NCBI GenBank assembly: GCA_907165135.1
Contig: OU015568.1
Coordinates: 1,674,001 to 1,738,000 of the forward strand
From: Oikopleura dioica
Taxonomy: Eukaryota > Animalia > Chordata
Reading direction: 5' to 3'
DNA: 64,000 nt
The notes under the pieces are model-generated. The model had not been told where the DNA came from. It worked only from the letters and a program-made list of their open reading frames with translations, and did no database searches. Shown here one piece after another: positions 23,682 to 36,111 of the stretch. The position numbers and the translations under genes were made by a program. Positions within the stretch are counted from its first letter, which is position 1. The number at the start of each line of letters is the position of its first letter.

Positions 23682-24129
23682 TTTTATTTTTTTCTTTTTT
23701 TTCTCGATTTTTGGCTTTTTGGATTTTGCGAATTGAATGAAGGACTCCCCAGGGCTTTTTATGTTCTCGAAAATTTTCATGCAACTGCAGGTGATTTTAG
23801 GCCATCTGGAGGGAGGTCAGTTGGCAGAAGAAACAAAGATGGCCTACTTCTGATAGGCAAGGTGGGAGATTTATGCGGTCGATAGCACATTTTAACCTCC
23901 CTAGAAACGGAAAATCTAGGTTAACGATCGAGAACCGCATGACTTGACTGTCATGTCTGTCAGACCTAACCTTTCTGAACCTCCGCGTACGAGGTTCTCT
24001 CCAAAGAAGTTATGCGAACATAACGTAACAATTTTCTAAAATGCAGTGATTTTTCAAACTTAAAGGTTTTTAGTTGAAAAAAATAGACGTTGATAATGTT
24101 TTTAAGAATATTGAACCAAGCTGAAAGAA

Positions 24130-24486
24130 GATGTTTTATTACAATGAAGAGGTTTATTTCGTGACGATGAATATGACCGTCATCGAGTATGAAATAGAGC
24201 CACCACCAAAAAAGTAAGGATTTTTTATCGATCAATTCCGTGAAATTCTTTCAGGCGAGATCTTCTATTTGAGTTTGTTGGATCAAATGCGATGCTCTTT
24301 GGAATTCTAATCGGACTCTCCTTCGTGACCGTAAGTGGCAACAAGTGTATCCTTTTCCTTCATCATTTAAAGATGACAGCGATTATTTCTTTGACGGTTT
24401 GGAACTACAGGAAAGAAAAGCGAAAAATCAGAAGTCGTCAACTTATTACTTCTGAAAATACGACGATCAATACTATTTCCGAATAA
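24130..24486 (+). CDS. possible small single-pass membrane protein
   Basis: Hydrophobic MLFGILIGLSFVT|IISLTVWNY followed by basic RKEKRKIRSR; upstream exon YYNEEVYFVTMNMTVIEYEIEPPPK. Start unresolved. Confidence 0.3.
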
Positions 24487-24572
24487 ATTATTTCTTGAAC
24501 GGAATTTTTATTAGTTTTATTGATTTTTTGATATGATTCTAAAGCTTGAGTAAGTTGAAAAAGTTGTTAAAA

Positions 24573-26150
24573 TTAGAAATAAGCGTCAGGTCTTAGTCTG
24601 AAAAAAGCAGCAACCATGTACATGCTCCCAGTAATCACGACAGTCTTGACTTCTTCCGGCATGTTTTCGAGGCAATCGTTAATTGAATCAAATTCCAGCG
24701 TCCTGAGACCATATTCCTTGGCACTCTCAAGTGCTTTTGCTATGTTTTCGCGTTGCTAAGTTTTATTACTCGAGTTTTATTGATTATAAAACCTACTTTT
24801 TGCATTTGGTCCTCAACGCTTTCGGTCAAAAATGTTGGAAAAATATGCGAAAATTTCTCTTTTGTCAAATTTGAATCAAGTTCGTCTTCACTGAGGGCAA
24901 TATTTGGGCATCCGGCAAAATAATCAGGCTTCATGATTTCCGCAATATGCACCATTTGACTGTTGATTTCCCGGCCCTTCGCTGATCTCATTAAAATGAG
25001 CGTTTCTCCTTCCTTTTTCGCAGCTGCCCAGTTTGAAAGAATTTTCATCGATTCTAAGAATGAAGACCTTGATGAAATCATGGAGGACTACACCTGGAGT
25101 ATGCGCAGCGTCTAGAAGAATTTTTATCTTTCTTCCTTTTACTTTGTGCTCTAAAATTTGTTGCCTTCCAGGCCATCTGACGGAATTTATGGCCTTCTTT
25201 TCCGTTGAAGTAGCCGCTTTCATCAGGTTCGCTTCAGTCGAGCAACTCGTTTTTCTTAGCCGCTCAAAAAAGGTATCGTGCTTCATTTTTCTCATCAAAT
25301 TCCTTTAAAAGTGCGATCGAATGAAGAGAAAATAGAGATACCTCACAGCAAGAATAGCACTAGCTGCATTGATATTTTGCGGAAATTCTAGTTCCGTTGA
25401 ATCGATAAGCTCTCCAGAGGGCGTCAAAAGCTGCCCTCTATGCTTTGCTTCTTTAACGAGCACTTGGTAGGCTTCAGGGTACTCTTGCCAGGTCGTAATG
25501 AGGGTTGCTCCTTGTCTGAAAATTCCAGCTTTTGCCGCAGCGATTTCTTGGATCGTATACCCGAGTTTCTCCAAGTGATCATAGCCAAGCGCTTATTCAT
25601 GAATAAAACTTGAATTTAAAAGTTGACGAACCGGAAATGCAACAAACTCGTGGCGCGCCCATTGGATACTGCGATGTAGGACAAAGCTGGCCACCGATGC
25701 CAACTTCAAGGATGACCACGTCAACTTTTTGCTCGACAAAAGTCTGGAAAGCAATCAGCGTCAAGTAATGAAACCACTCATTGCCACAACGCAGAGGCTC
25801 CGTTTCGTCTTCTTTCTCGAGCTTTTCGAATGTCGCGGACAGTTGTTCTTCAGAAATCGGTTTGCCATTGATGCGAATGCGCTCGTTGATGCTATTGAAA
25901 TGTGGCGAAGTAAAGAGCCCAGTCTTGAAGCCCCTTCCTCGAAGAAGTGATTCAGCCATCGCGCAGGTTGTTCCCTTTCCCTAAGATAGAAGTGACTCTG
26001 AATATCTACGGATGGGATCTTGTACCTTTGTTCCTGCACAATGAATGAGAGGAATAGACCGGAGCTTTTCATAAAGCCTACCACCGAAAATCGTTTGTAA
26101 TAGCTCACCAAATCGGAGAAAACTTCTTGTCCTTGCTTTAACAAATGTCA
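24573..26150 (-). CDS. FPGS: folylpolyglutamate synthase
   Basis: IHCAGTK|GKGTTCAM (P-loop), KTGLFTSPHF..INERIRING, VDVVILEVGIGG, LGYDHLEKLGYTIQEIAAAKAGIF, LLDAAHT, C-terminal VVITGSMYMVAA. First exon approximate. Confidence 0.93.
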
Positions 26151-26617
26151 ACTTATAATGATACAAATCTGAATTTTTAGTATAAATTTTATACGGTCCC
26201 GGTAATACTCATTTTCATATCTGTTTTTTACATATTTATACGCATTGAGTGCTCGCACTACAGCGAAATATTGTATTATGATAATTTCATTTATATCACT
26301 TTCATGGTGCACTAAAAGATCCGGTGATGGCTCAATTATCGTCATTTATCTCTTTTTTTTTATAAAGATGATTTGAGTAAAAATTTTTGGAAAAGGATAT
26401 AAACGAAGTAAGCAAAAAAAAAACGGAAATGACAAATTTCCGTTAAAGTTCATAGTGAATATGAATTATAAGAAATTTTTTTGCTGGACGTATTCAGGGT
26501 GTTTGGGCACGAAAGACATATTTAGAAAGCAAAATAGGGTATTCAATTATCATCATAAAGTTTATTGAATAATTACGCAATATAATATTATATTATATAA
26601 AAGTCCGCTATAATTAT

Positions 26618-27119
26618 TTATACATGAAAGCAGTATCTGTTTTCGTCTGTTTGGCAATGATACAAAAGAAGAAAGCGTTTGGAATCAAATTGAAGCAGTT
26701 TGGGTGAAGCTGTTTATAGCGAAAGACTTTTCAAATTTCTCCACGGTTCGCGGCTCGTTTTTCTGACGGAGATTTTTCAGATTGATCGAAGGAAATTGAC
26801 AGGTCCGACAGACCTTTTCGCCTTTTTGGAGGGTCAAATGTTTATATTGAAAACCATATTTAATCTCCTCAAAACTGAGTGTTAAAATTGTTGTCTCAAA
26901 AAATGACCCCTTCCTAGCAGAATTTTGAAGCGTCCTTCCCAAAATAGCTGCAATCTTTCCTCCACTCATCCGCTCGAATTTATCGTGTTTGACCTGCGCC
27001 TGAATTTGTAAATCTTTAGCTCTATCACCTGATGTGTAGTGGAAATTCCAGTTGAATTCGAGCACCGGCTGGCCCCAAATATCCACAAGCTTTGAAAGAA
27101 TCGTATAAAATCCGGGAAT
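26618..27119 (-). CDS. duplicated 3' exon cassette of the 29456-30909 gene
   Basis: 26557-27134 is a direct repeat of ~29399-29990; the coding frame IPGFYTILSKLVDIWGQPVLEFNWNFHY... is intact, with synonymous-only changes over the first 59 codons. Confidence 0.7.
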
Positions 27120-27403
27120 CTAAAGGTCGATCAATACTTTTTCCGAGTAAATTTTTTTGAACACATTTTTTTATTTTTTTAATTGATTTTTTGATATGAT
27201 GCTAAAGCTTTAGTAAGTTGAAAAAGATTTGAAACTGGATGAATTAGTTGGAGAAAGTAGACATGCGCGATGGGAATCACCTAATCAAATATATGCATCT
27301 GACGTTATTTCTCAAACAAGTAAAGGCCCAGATAGACATTGAGCCTGTTCTTGATTTGAGGCTCTGAGATCATACTAAGAGTGAAACAATTTAATTTTTT
27401 TTG

Positions 27404-29340
27404 ATGTCGACTTATGCTTATTCAGAGAGTTCACTAGGATCTTACGAAAATATTGATGTAGGAAATCCTCCAACATTCCTAACCCCCATTTTCGAAGATG
27501 AAGAAACTGCCAAACAACCGGTTATTTTGAAAGAAAAACGATCAAATATGAAGTTTTTTTCAACTTTAAGCATTATATTTGCTATAAGGAAGAGTTAGTT
27601 ATTTTTATCTATTGTCAATATAACAAAATAGCTTTTAAACTTTTGAAGTCTATTCGTTATTATCGGATTATGGCGGGTCGGTTTGAAATGGAATCCGAAG
27701 ATAATTGAGCTACAAGGCATGAACGAGGAAGTATCTCAAAGAATAATTGTTCGAGGCTTGTTAGTTTAGCATGAGCTTACCTTTAATTTAGGAACTTAAT
27801 GCTTCACTGGAAAATGCAACGAACGAAAATGACAATATCAATATATTATTCAATAACGCTAACAAGGAAATTCAAGAGCTCAAAGAAACCAACAAAAATC
27901 TCGAAAACGATATCAAATTCTTCATGTCCCAAAAAGAAAGCATAATGATACTTGCTTCTTCCAAGTCAAGCTCAATCAGCTACTTGCTGAAAGAAGACGG
28001 CACTTATCTATCAGTCGCAGAGCACCTTTCTTTGCCTGCTCGTGGAGAGATTGTCGGCTATGAATATCAATTATCAGCCTTGATTAGGGGAGAAATTTAT
28101 ATTTTTGGAGGATTAAGCGTAAGCCGATGATACTTTAACGATTTAAATTCTTTAAGATTTCGCGTCTAAACATCTTCGAGATTGAAGAAATGCACGGATA
28201 TGCAGCAATCCTTTTATACAGTATTAATCATCAGTCATCAATTACTTCTATCGATAATGGAAATGCCGGTAAAAGTTTTTTTTATCAAAAAATACTTCAA
28301 TTTACAGCGATGATATGTAACATATCATATGTTTCGAGGAATCTACCATGAGTTGGGGAGAATTCACGCTGGAAGATTTGGCTAGGCGCAATATCTCCTT
28401 TGATCCAAGAGAATTTGAAGTGCCATTTAAACGCTGTCAGGAATATGACGGGGAACAAGCTGTCGCTAAGAATTCAACCGAATTTACACATCCTGATGCT
28501 TGTCTTGCCCTTTATAATAACAAACCAATGGTGATAGGAGGATCAGATTATTCAGATGATTTCGGTTTCTCCAAGGTTGAAGAATTCAACGGAGAAAACT
28601 GGAATACGCTTGAGGACTTTCCTAGGTGAAAAGAAAAAACAATTGATGTCTTTAGAAGTATTTTGTGATATATTGAAGTTGATGTACTATTTAGTCTTCT
28701 GATGATGATCTCTCTATAAAACACTCAGCACAATTTAATGATGTTGACTCAATCATAAATATTTAAGGTACATAAAATACCACTCTTGTCTTGGCATTGA
28801 CGATGGATTGCTTGTTTTTGGTGGATCTCAAATTATGAATGAGCCGATGCTTGAGAAAGCCACGGCTAAACTTAATGCAGATCGAAGTTTATATGGAGAA
28901 TTAAACGCCCAATACAAAAATGGCGTTTATATTTATTACCAATCAGTTTGGAAAATGATCGGATATCTGAAGAACGATGTAATAGAAAAAGAGTGACCAA
29001 AATTATCATATTTAGCATGCGTATTTATCTTTGTCAAAAATTGGAAGCACAATTTTTCTCGTCAGTGGTGTTGAATATGGGGATCTAGAATGGCATGCCG
29101 AAACGTAAGACATAAAGAATCTTCGCCAAATTATCGTTATTCAGCTTTCCTGTCGAGACTGTATTCTGGGATGCTGAAACATCCGAGTTTTGGGACATGG
29201 ACTATGTTGATTTTACCAATTCGACTTTGGGAAATACTATTCGTTACCATGAGGAATCTTTCAAAAGGCCTTTAGTTTTTCCTGTAAGCAAGTCACAGCT
29301 TGATTTTCTGACTGAAACTCGGATAAATCAACTGAATTAA
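27404..29340 (+). CDS. kelch-like/beta-propeller repeat protein with N-terminal hydrophobic and coiled-coil segment
   Basis: Repeats SALIRGEIYIFGG, ACLALYNNKPMVIGG...KVEEFNGENWNTLEDFP, GLLVFGG; many short introns; ends approximate. Confidence 0.6.
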
Positions 29341-29455
29341 ATGAATTGTTTCGATTTCTTTTTTCTGGCGAAAATTTCTGACAACCATTCATTCATTAAA
29401 AAGTTTATTGAATAACTTTGCTGTAGAATATTATATTTGATTCGGATATTAATAT

Positions 29456-30909
29456 TTATACATGAAAGCAGTATCTGTTTTCGTCGGTTTGGCAATGATA
29501 CAAAAAAAGAAAGCGTTTGGAATCAAATTGAAGCAAATTGGGTGAAGCTGTTTTAAACGAAAGACTTTTCAAATTTCTCCACGGTTTGCGGCTCGTTTTT
29601 CTGACGGAGATTTTTCAGATTGATCGAAGGAAATTGACAGGTCCGATAGACCTTTTCGCCTTTTCGAAGGGTCGAGAAGAGAACTAGTGGGAAGACTATA
29701 TAATATAGTCTATATTTTATCTGCTCAAAAATGAGCATTGAATTTGTTCTTTCAAAAAATGACCCTCTCCTAGCAGCATTTTGAAGCGTCCTCCCCCAAA
29801 TAGCGGCAATCTTTCCTCCACTCATTCGCTCAAATTTATCGTGTTTGACCTGCGCCTGAATTTGTAAATCTTTCGCTCTGTCACCTGATGTATAGTGGAA
29901 ATTCCAGTTGAATTCGAGCACCGGCTGGCCCCAAATATCCACGAGCTTTGAAAGAATCGTATAAAAACCGGGAATCTAAAGCTCGATCAAGATTTTGCAA
30001 GATTTGAGGATATTTACTCGTTTTGGGACTTCGATGGTGACTTCAATTTGCACTTGGTCCTTGTTGTCTTCATCCCATTTTATGAAATTGGTTTTTGTTT
30101 CGGCTGTGAAATTTGAGACTTCGGTGGTGAACTCGTTGACTTGTTTCGTCTCGAATAATTGGGAGTCTCGGTACCAGACTTTCATGATTTCAATATGATT
30201 TTTCTTAAGGATGTCAACAACGATTGACTTGTGCCATGTCCGATAAATGTCGTATTTTTGAAATCAAGCTTGAGTATTTTTCTCAAAATTCGCAACGGCT
30301 CTGATTGAAAATTGAATTTCAATTTTACCCTCGTTGGCACTTTTCTCATCGAGATCCAGTTGTTCAAAGCTTTCGCGTGCAAGCTGATAGTAAGCCAGAT
30401 TTCCGGGGCAATCCTTCACTAACGCAGTATTAACCGGATGAGTCAGAAGCATCGGAAGCTCTCGTACACGGTATTTGTTTTCCAGAGCTTTTTGAGCATA
30501 TTTTTTTGGCCGAAAGAATATGAAAGATAATTTTGTTGATATACTTTCCTTGAGTCTGTTTTGTTTCTTGCGAAGACGCTTGACAAAAGACCCCAATGTC
30601 CAAGCATTTTTCCGCTGATGCAGCTTTCGTTCTTTCGTACTTGTCCAAAATATTCGAGTGCACTGAAGCGCCGGGGAATTCTGTCATTTGACATTTCGCG
30701 GACGGAGGAGACAAACCGCCTTCGGGATAATTGGTGTGAATAGCAGTCAATCCGCCCTTAATCTGTTTTACACCTGTAATTAGATCATCGTAGAAAAGGG
30801 GAAATAAAAAAGGGTTTGGAAACAGTCCTGAACCATGGTGATTGTTTGCGGGATCATCAATCTCGTTTCTATCATCAGATGAGTGTATAGTTTTTCCTTT
30901 TTCACCCAT
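29456..30909 (-). CDS. unidentified multi-exon protein
   Basis: Consecutive minus-strand ORFs separated by short introns (30430-30909, 30264-30596, 29976-30185, 29553-29942); last exon ...LQFDSKRFLFLYHCQTDENRYCFHV*. Confidence 0.62.
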
Positions 30910-30917
30910 TTCATCCT

Positions 30918-33180
30918 TTATGCATTATTGAAAAAATCAACAATCTTGGCTCTATCTACTAGTAGATGATCAAACAATTTTTCGACTCATTTTTTGATGT
31001 TTCCATTTCGTGTTGCCTACTTTTTCATTAACATTCCTGTAGTTGAGTGAGTTGAGTCCATCGTATTTGTTCCTGTAGTCCTTCAGTTTCATAAGCATTT
31101 TATGAGTCACCGCTAAAATAAATTGTATCACTAAACTCTATGAAGACAATAAAGTTTTGCCACTATGGGCATTTCTCTTTTACCTTGATAGCTATTTTCA
31201 ATGTGCGCCTTGTGTTTTTCATTTTGAAAAGTCCATGGATGCGCGTGTCCACACATTGTGTACCGCGCAGAGTCGAAAACTTCCGGCTTTTCGATTTTCA
31301 TTTGTTTTCTGATTCTGTACTCGATATCCGAGTCCTCTCTTCCCCAGCCCCAGAAGACATTTGTATGTCCATTGACCATCGTGTAATTCTGAGCGGACAT
31401 CATCGTTACTCCACCAAAATCGGTTCCATAAGGGTATCGATAGTCGTACTTGTTGATCATCAAAGAAAGATGGATCGGATTCGCGCCGCAAGCATATCGG
31501 TTTCGATCATCTTCTGGTAGCATGTCTACATCGTGGAAAATGACACAATCGAAGCCAACGTCCATTTTCATCAATGCGTCAAACGCTGCATTCATCAAAA
31601 TGCCCTAAAATAGGAAATCAACATGAGCTTTTAGTAATCTCCGTATTAATATTCTAAGCTTTGGCGGGTTGAATTTCTAGTCTAGGCGATTCTTCAACCC
31701 TGTTCCGGCGCTTGTCAAAGGCAGTAAGGATTGTGAAAGTCATTTTTTAAACAATGGAGTTTTCAGTGTGACACCCTTATTGTGATCAAAGTCTAGGATT
31801 CGCAAAACTCAGCCTATAAAGGAGGTTTACCTTATTAAATCGGCCATCATGATACTGCTCCGCCACAATGATGCAATAACTGATCTTTTGCCTCCTCAAA
31901 AAGGGATGAAGATAATATAACAATCTCTTCAAATGCGTCTCTCTATCTTTATAAGGGACAATAATCGCAGTTTTTGTTGTCGAAAAGCAGTCTTCTGGTT
32001 CCCAACAGCCTCCTTCCAAAAGTCCATCAGCAACTGTCTCCTCAACATGATCCCATTCTGTTTCAAGATTTGAGTCTGGAATTTGTCGACCGATGAGTGT
32101 ATCAGGATATTTCGGGCACTCGGCAAGACCTTGATTGAGCCGGGGAGAGCCAGGATAGTCAGGGTGCTCGATATCATCGACGCCTTCTTTTTTTGGTTTT
32201 GGACTTGAAGCTTTCGGTCGAGCTCTTGTTTGAGCATCTTTTTCGGCGTCATCGGAAGATTGATTCTCTCGGTTGTCTGATGGTTCTGAGGGGTTTTCTG
32301 AAGGCTCCGATGTGGTGGAAGTTGTGGATTTGGTCGTACTGGCTCTTGAAGTTGTTGCGGCTGCGGTGGTAGTATCGACGGTCGTACTTGTTGTACTCTC
32401 TTCTGTTGTGGTAAAATGACTTTGCTGGATGTTCAAATATGTTCTTGATAGAATTTTTTTGAAAAAAAAAATTTTTTTTGGAAAAAAATAAAAATTAAAA
32501 TTTGAAAATCCATTCCTGCTGTAATCTTCTGGTTCGACTTATAAAAATGAGTCATTGTTTCGTTGAAAAATAAAATTATAAATTTTAAGCTATTGCATAA
32601 ATAATCTAATGAAACCAAAGTTCAACCGCTGCGGTTCTACTGATTTAGCACGGGCACGGCGTTCAATTAGATCCGCCGGCCGCCGCGTTCAAAACCAAAA
32701 TACTACTTCTACCTTCCAGTTTGGGTAGCCCAAAAGGTCAGCCCCTAGATGCAATTGACAGATACTTACAGGTGAGTTTCTGGGATACTGAGCGCGGACG
32801 AATAGCGAGTGATTGATGATGGAAAAAATTCGCATATCTGAAAAAGAAGACTCAAATTTCTAGCTGTTTTATATCATTTCTTTGAATTTCTATCTGATTT
32901 TTTTTCTATAAGAGCCTCAACATCGGGATCCTTATAAAGGAGATCAATAATTTTCGCCATTACAGAAGAAAAAACGGCCATTTTTTGACGATTTTCGTTG
33001 ATTTTTTGAGATTTTTTCGTTTTTGGCAAAAATTTCTTAGAGATTCCCATAAAAGAAAGATCTAACCATCGAAATCGTCCCTCAAGATCATCCCCAAACT
33101 TACATCAAAAACGAAATCGCCATGGAAAGCATGACACTCGTCAATTTCGTCCTGATCCCGCGCAAAAACGCATTCATCAT
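30918..33180 (-). CDS. B4GALT: beta-1,4-galactosyltransferase family (GT7), type II membrane protein
   Basis: AIIVPYKDRETHLKRLLYYLHPFLRRQ, RFNK|GILMNAAF, CVIFHDVDMLPEDDRNRY, FGGV, VNGHTNVFWGWGREDSDI, DGLNSLNY; N-terminal TM exon MMNAFLRGIRTKLTSVMLSMAISFL; T/S-rich stem. Confidence 0.93.
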
Positions 33181-33745
33181 GCGCCAAATTTTGATATTCA
33201 GAAATTTGACCTTCTCCGAAATTTTCTCTTTTTCAAATTAAAAAAAAGTACAAGCAACTGGAAATAGTATTTATCTGCTGCTGCGTAAACTAAACAATTA
33301 AAAATCTACTAGCCGATTGTTTGTCCGATTTTTTTTGCGGCGACGCACAATGGCGGCGCTAAAGATCGGAAAAAGTGCTGCACGTTTCGGTAATCGAGAC
33401 GTGAAAATTCACAGAAGGAAAAGCTCAATAAGCCAGGGAAAAGAGCTGTTGAAGGGCAATTGCAAGAAAGGATTAATTCTTTAGGGAGAGGGGGTCCAGA
33501 ATGGAACGCAATATTAGATCAAGATCTCTATGGGCTTTTGAACGAAGATGTAGGCATACAACTCAGTTAATGTTGGTGGAATTCGCCTCGATTCTATGGG
33601 ACCAATATGAATGTAGTAAAAATATCGATGCGCGAAACTAGTTTTAAGGGTATCAATTCCGAGGAATGTTCAAAATTTTGAAATCAAGATGAAGTTTTCT
33701 GATGTTTATTATATTATAAAGTTCTCAACATCAGTATTTCAAGAA

Positions 33746-33932
33746 AATTCACGTAAATGGCTCTATTTTGACGGGATTTTTGACCGATTTTTTCTGAACA
33801 ATTTTTTTCTTATTCCCACCGCCTGATTTTTCGAACCCTTTACTTGCCACCCAACATATACTAATTCTTCTATCGAATCAGGTTTTCCCGCATTTTTCGT
33901 CACGGAAATCCCAATTCTCGTCTACCCCCTCC
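33746..33932. mobile_element. right end of an element related to the 35548-35925 MITE
   Basis: ~190 bp clearly alignable to 35740-35925, ending ATTCTCGTCTACCCCCTCC-TTAA; left end not confidently found. Confidence 0.7.
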
Positions 33933-34610
33933 TTAAGTGTCTATTGATAACAAAGAATGATTAGTAAGGAAACAATCAAGCCAAAAAATTGAATTCTGTC
34001 AAGAGAAACAATTTTATTTATATTTCTTTTTTTCCTTCTAGGAGTAACCTTGAAAAGTTCAAATAAATCAACGCATTGTTGCAAGAAAAAGAGATGATGA
34101 AGCTTGTCTAAGCGATTAGATTTATTAGCAACGTGAGCTATGTGAGCTCTGGCCACGATGGTCGACATCGGGCTTCTTAGATCAGAGACGGGCAAATGAT
34201 ACATTTTCTTAAGCCGATCTGCTTTGTTTTAATGCCTCGATTGCTCGCTTTTTTCTTCCTCTTCAATTATCGCTATTTTTCCAAACGATAAAATAAGTGA
34301 GCTCTGTCTGATAAAAAATTCATAAAGAAGGAACTCTAGGAAAAAATGTCTACTAGACAGAAATTTAAAAAGAGAGCTGAGTTTTCTGCTGAAATCCGTT
34401 GCTGAGTAGGAGCTTATTTGTAAGTCGTTATTCTTACTCCTGGTGATCCCACTCCACGTTCACGAAAGTATCATCTTTCTCCTGGCAAAGGATTGAATAT
34501 AAAGCAAAAAGTCCTAAATCAGCGCTGAAAAGAGGAAACAGTGGCAATAAAACCATCGCGCCGATAATTCGAGGGAATGTGACTTTCACTTTCGAATGGA
34601 TAAAGAGTAG

Positions 34611-36111
34611 ATGAGCTGGGCGGTCTTAGAGAAAGTCCTTCAGGAATTGTCGAAGAGCATTTCTCTTCCTGGAAAATTATGGGTCATGCGCGAATCGGTT
34701 CAAACATCTGTATTTGAAATAAGAAGACACTCTAGTGCCGCTAGATTATTTATCAAAGAAGCATTTTTGAACCAATCAAAGTATCTCTTTATTTTTCGAA
34801 TTCTCGTAGTTCTGAGCATTGGTGACAAAATCTTCTCTGACGAACAAACGTAAGGTCTCTTTTCTCTCGTCATTCTATATTCTTCTAGTCGATTTCAATG
34901 CGATACAAACACACCAGGCTGTACAAACGTCTGCTTCAACCGATTCAATCCCATCTCCCCGATTCGATTCTGGGCAGTGCAAGTTCTCTTCGTTGCTGCT
35001 CCCTCGATCGTCTTCTCTCTTTGGATAGGACACTCTGTTGCTCAAAAAGACGCTGGGAAATCTAAGAAAGCAAAAAGAAAAGCAAAAATTGCAATTTTAA
35101 GTCGGCTTTCTTGTCAATTACTGATGGAAAGCGCTTTCGTTGTTTTGCAGTTTTATCTTTACCGACTTCGATTTAATGAGCAGTAGGATGATTAATCGTA
35201 TGAAAGATGATAAAAAATCAGCTTTGAGTGCAATCCTGAAAAACGATTTCTCGATTGGTCTGGCGAAAATTGGCGGCCATGCATTGGAACTATCGAATGC
35301 TACCTCTCCCGGCCGCAGGAAAAGAACATTTTTCTTTGGTACATGTATGCGAGCTCTGGAATCTGCGTCCTTCTCACGCTTTTTGAGCTTGGCATATTTT
35401 TGAAATCAGGGCCGAATCAAGCTGCTTACTTGCCAAAACCGACGAAGACAAATCGAAAATCACTGCCGCCGAATAGACGGTTGCAGAATAGACTTCAAGC
35501 TCGCCGGAGGTAATTTTTTATTCCCAGAAAAATATTGAGAATTTTAAGGGGGGGGTCGACGAGAATTTTTTCAGGGGTGATCGTAATTTCGCTTGTACAC
35601 ATAGTCTGGGTATGAAACTTATATTTTTGGAATTGTCAGATCCTCCCGAATCTGTTGAGCCTAAAAACATTTGATAAAAATGAGATTTAGGGGGTGAAAT
35701 TAAGAAAAATGTGAAAAAAATCGCCATTTTTGGTGCATTTTCGCGAAAATGGCCCTACTTTGAGGGGATTTTTGACCGATTTTTTCTGGCGAAAATTTTT
35801 TCTAGTTTTCGCCGCCTGATTTTTTCAACCCTTTTCTATCCACCAATAACATCAGATTTTCCCTATCTAATCCGGTTTTCCCGCATTTTTGGTCACGGAA
35901 ATCCCGATTCTCGTCGACCCCCCCCTTAAGCGATATGGAAATGGAGTCAAATATGGCGAATAAATCAAGCTGTGCTTTGACCTTGACGCCGATCGGAAGG
36001 AAAGATTTTAATTTTTAAGAAAAAAATTATGAAATTACTTGAAAAAATCTTTCCAGCGACCCAGATTCAGTGATCGACATGAATTTGGACGATGATTTTG
36101 TTGAAATGTAA
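34611..36111 (+). CDS. connexin (gap junction protein), multi-exon
   Basis: [92 protein letters not shown]; last intron 36000-36056 is GA-AG. Confidence 0.93.
35548..35925. mobile_element. 378-bp MITE, 19-bp perfect TIR starting G8, TTAA TSD (Kolobok-like ends)
   Basis: TTAA(35544-35547)-GGGGGGGGTCGACGAGAAT ... ATTCTCGTCGACCCCCCCC-TTAA(35926-35929). Confidence 0.92.

Noticed and set aside
22956-23885. 309-aa ORF on +
   Set aside because: Antisense to the PqaA first exon and the RING gene; no domain or protein-like composition.
33481-33505. GGGAGAGGGGGTCCAGAAT as left TIR of the 33.9-kb element
   Set aside because: Only loosely matches the right TIR and lacks a TTAA TSD.
33941-34204. 87-aa minus-strand ORF
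   Set aside because: No recognisable motif; splice support ambiguous.
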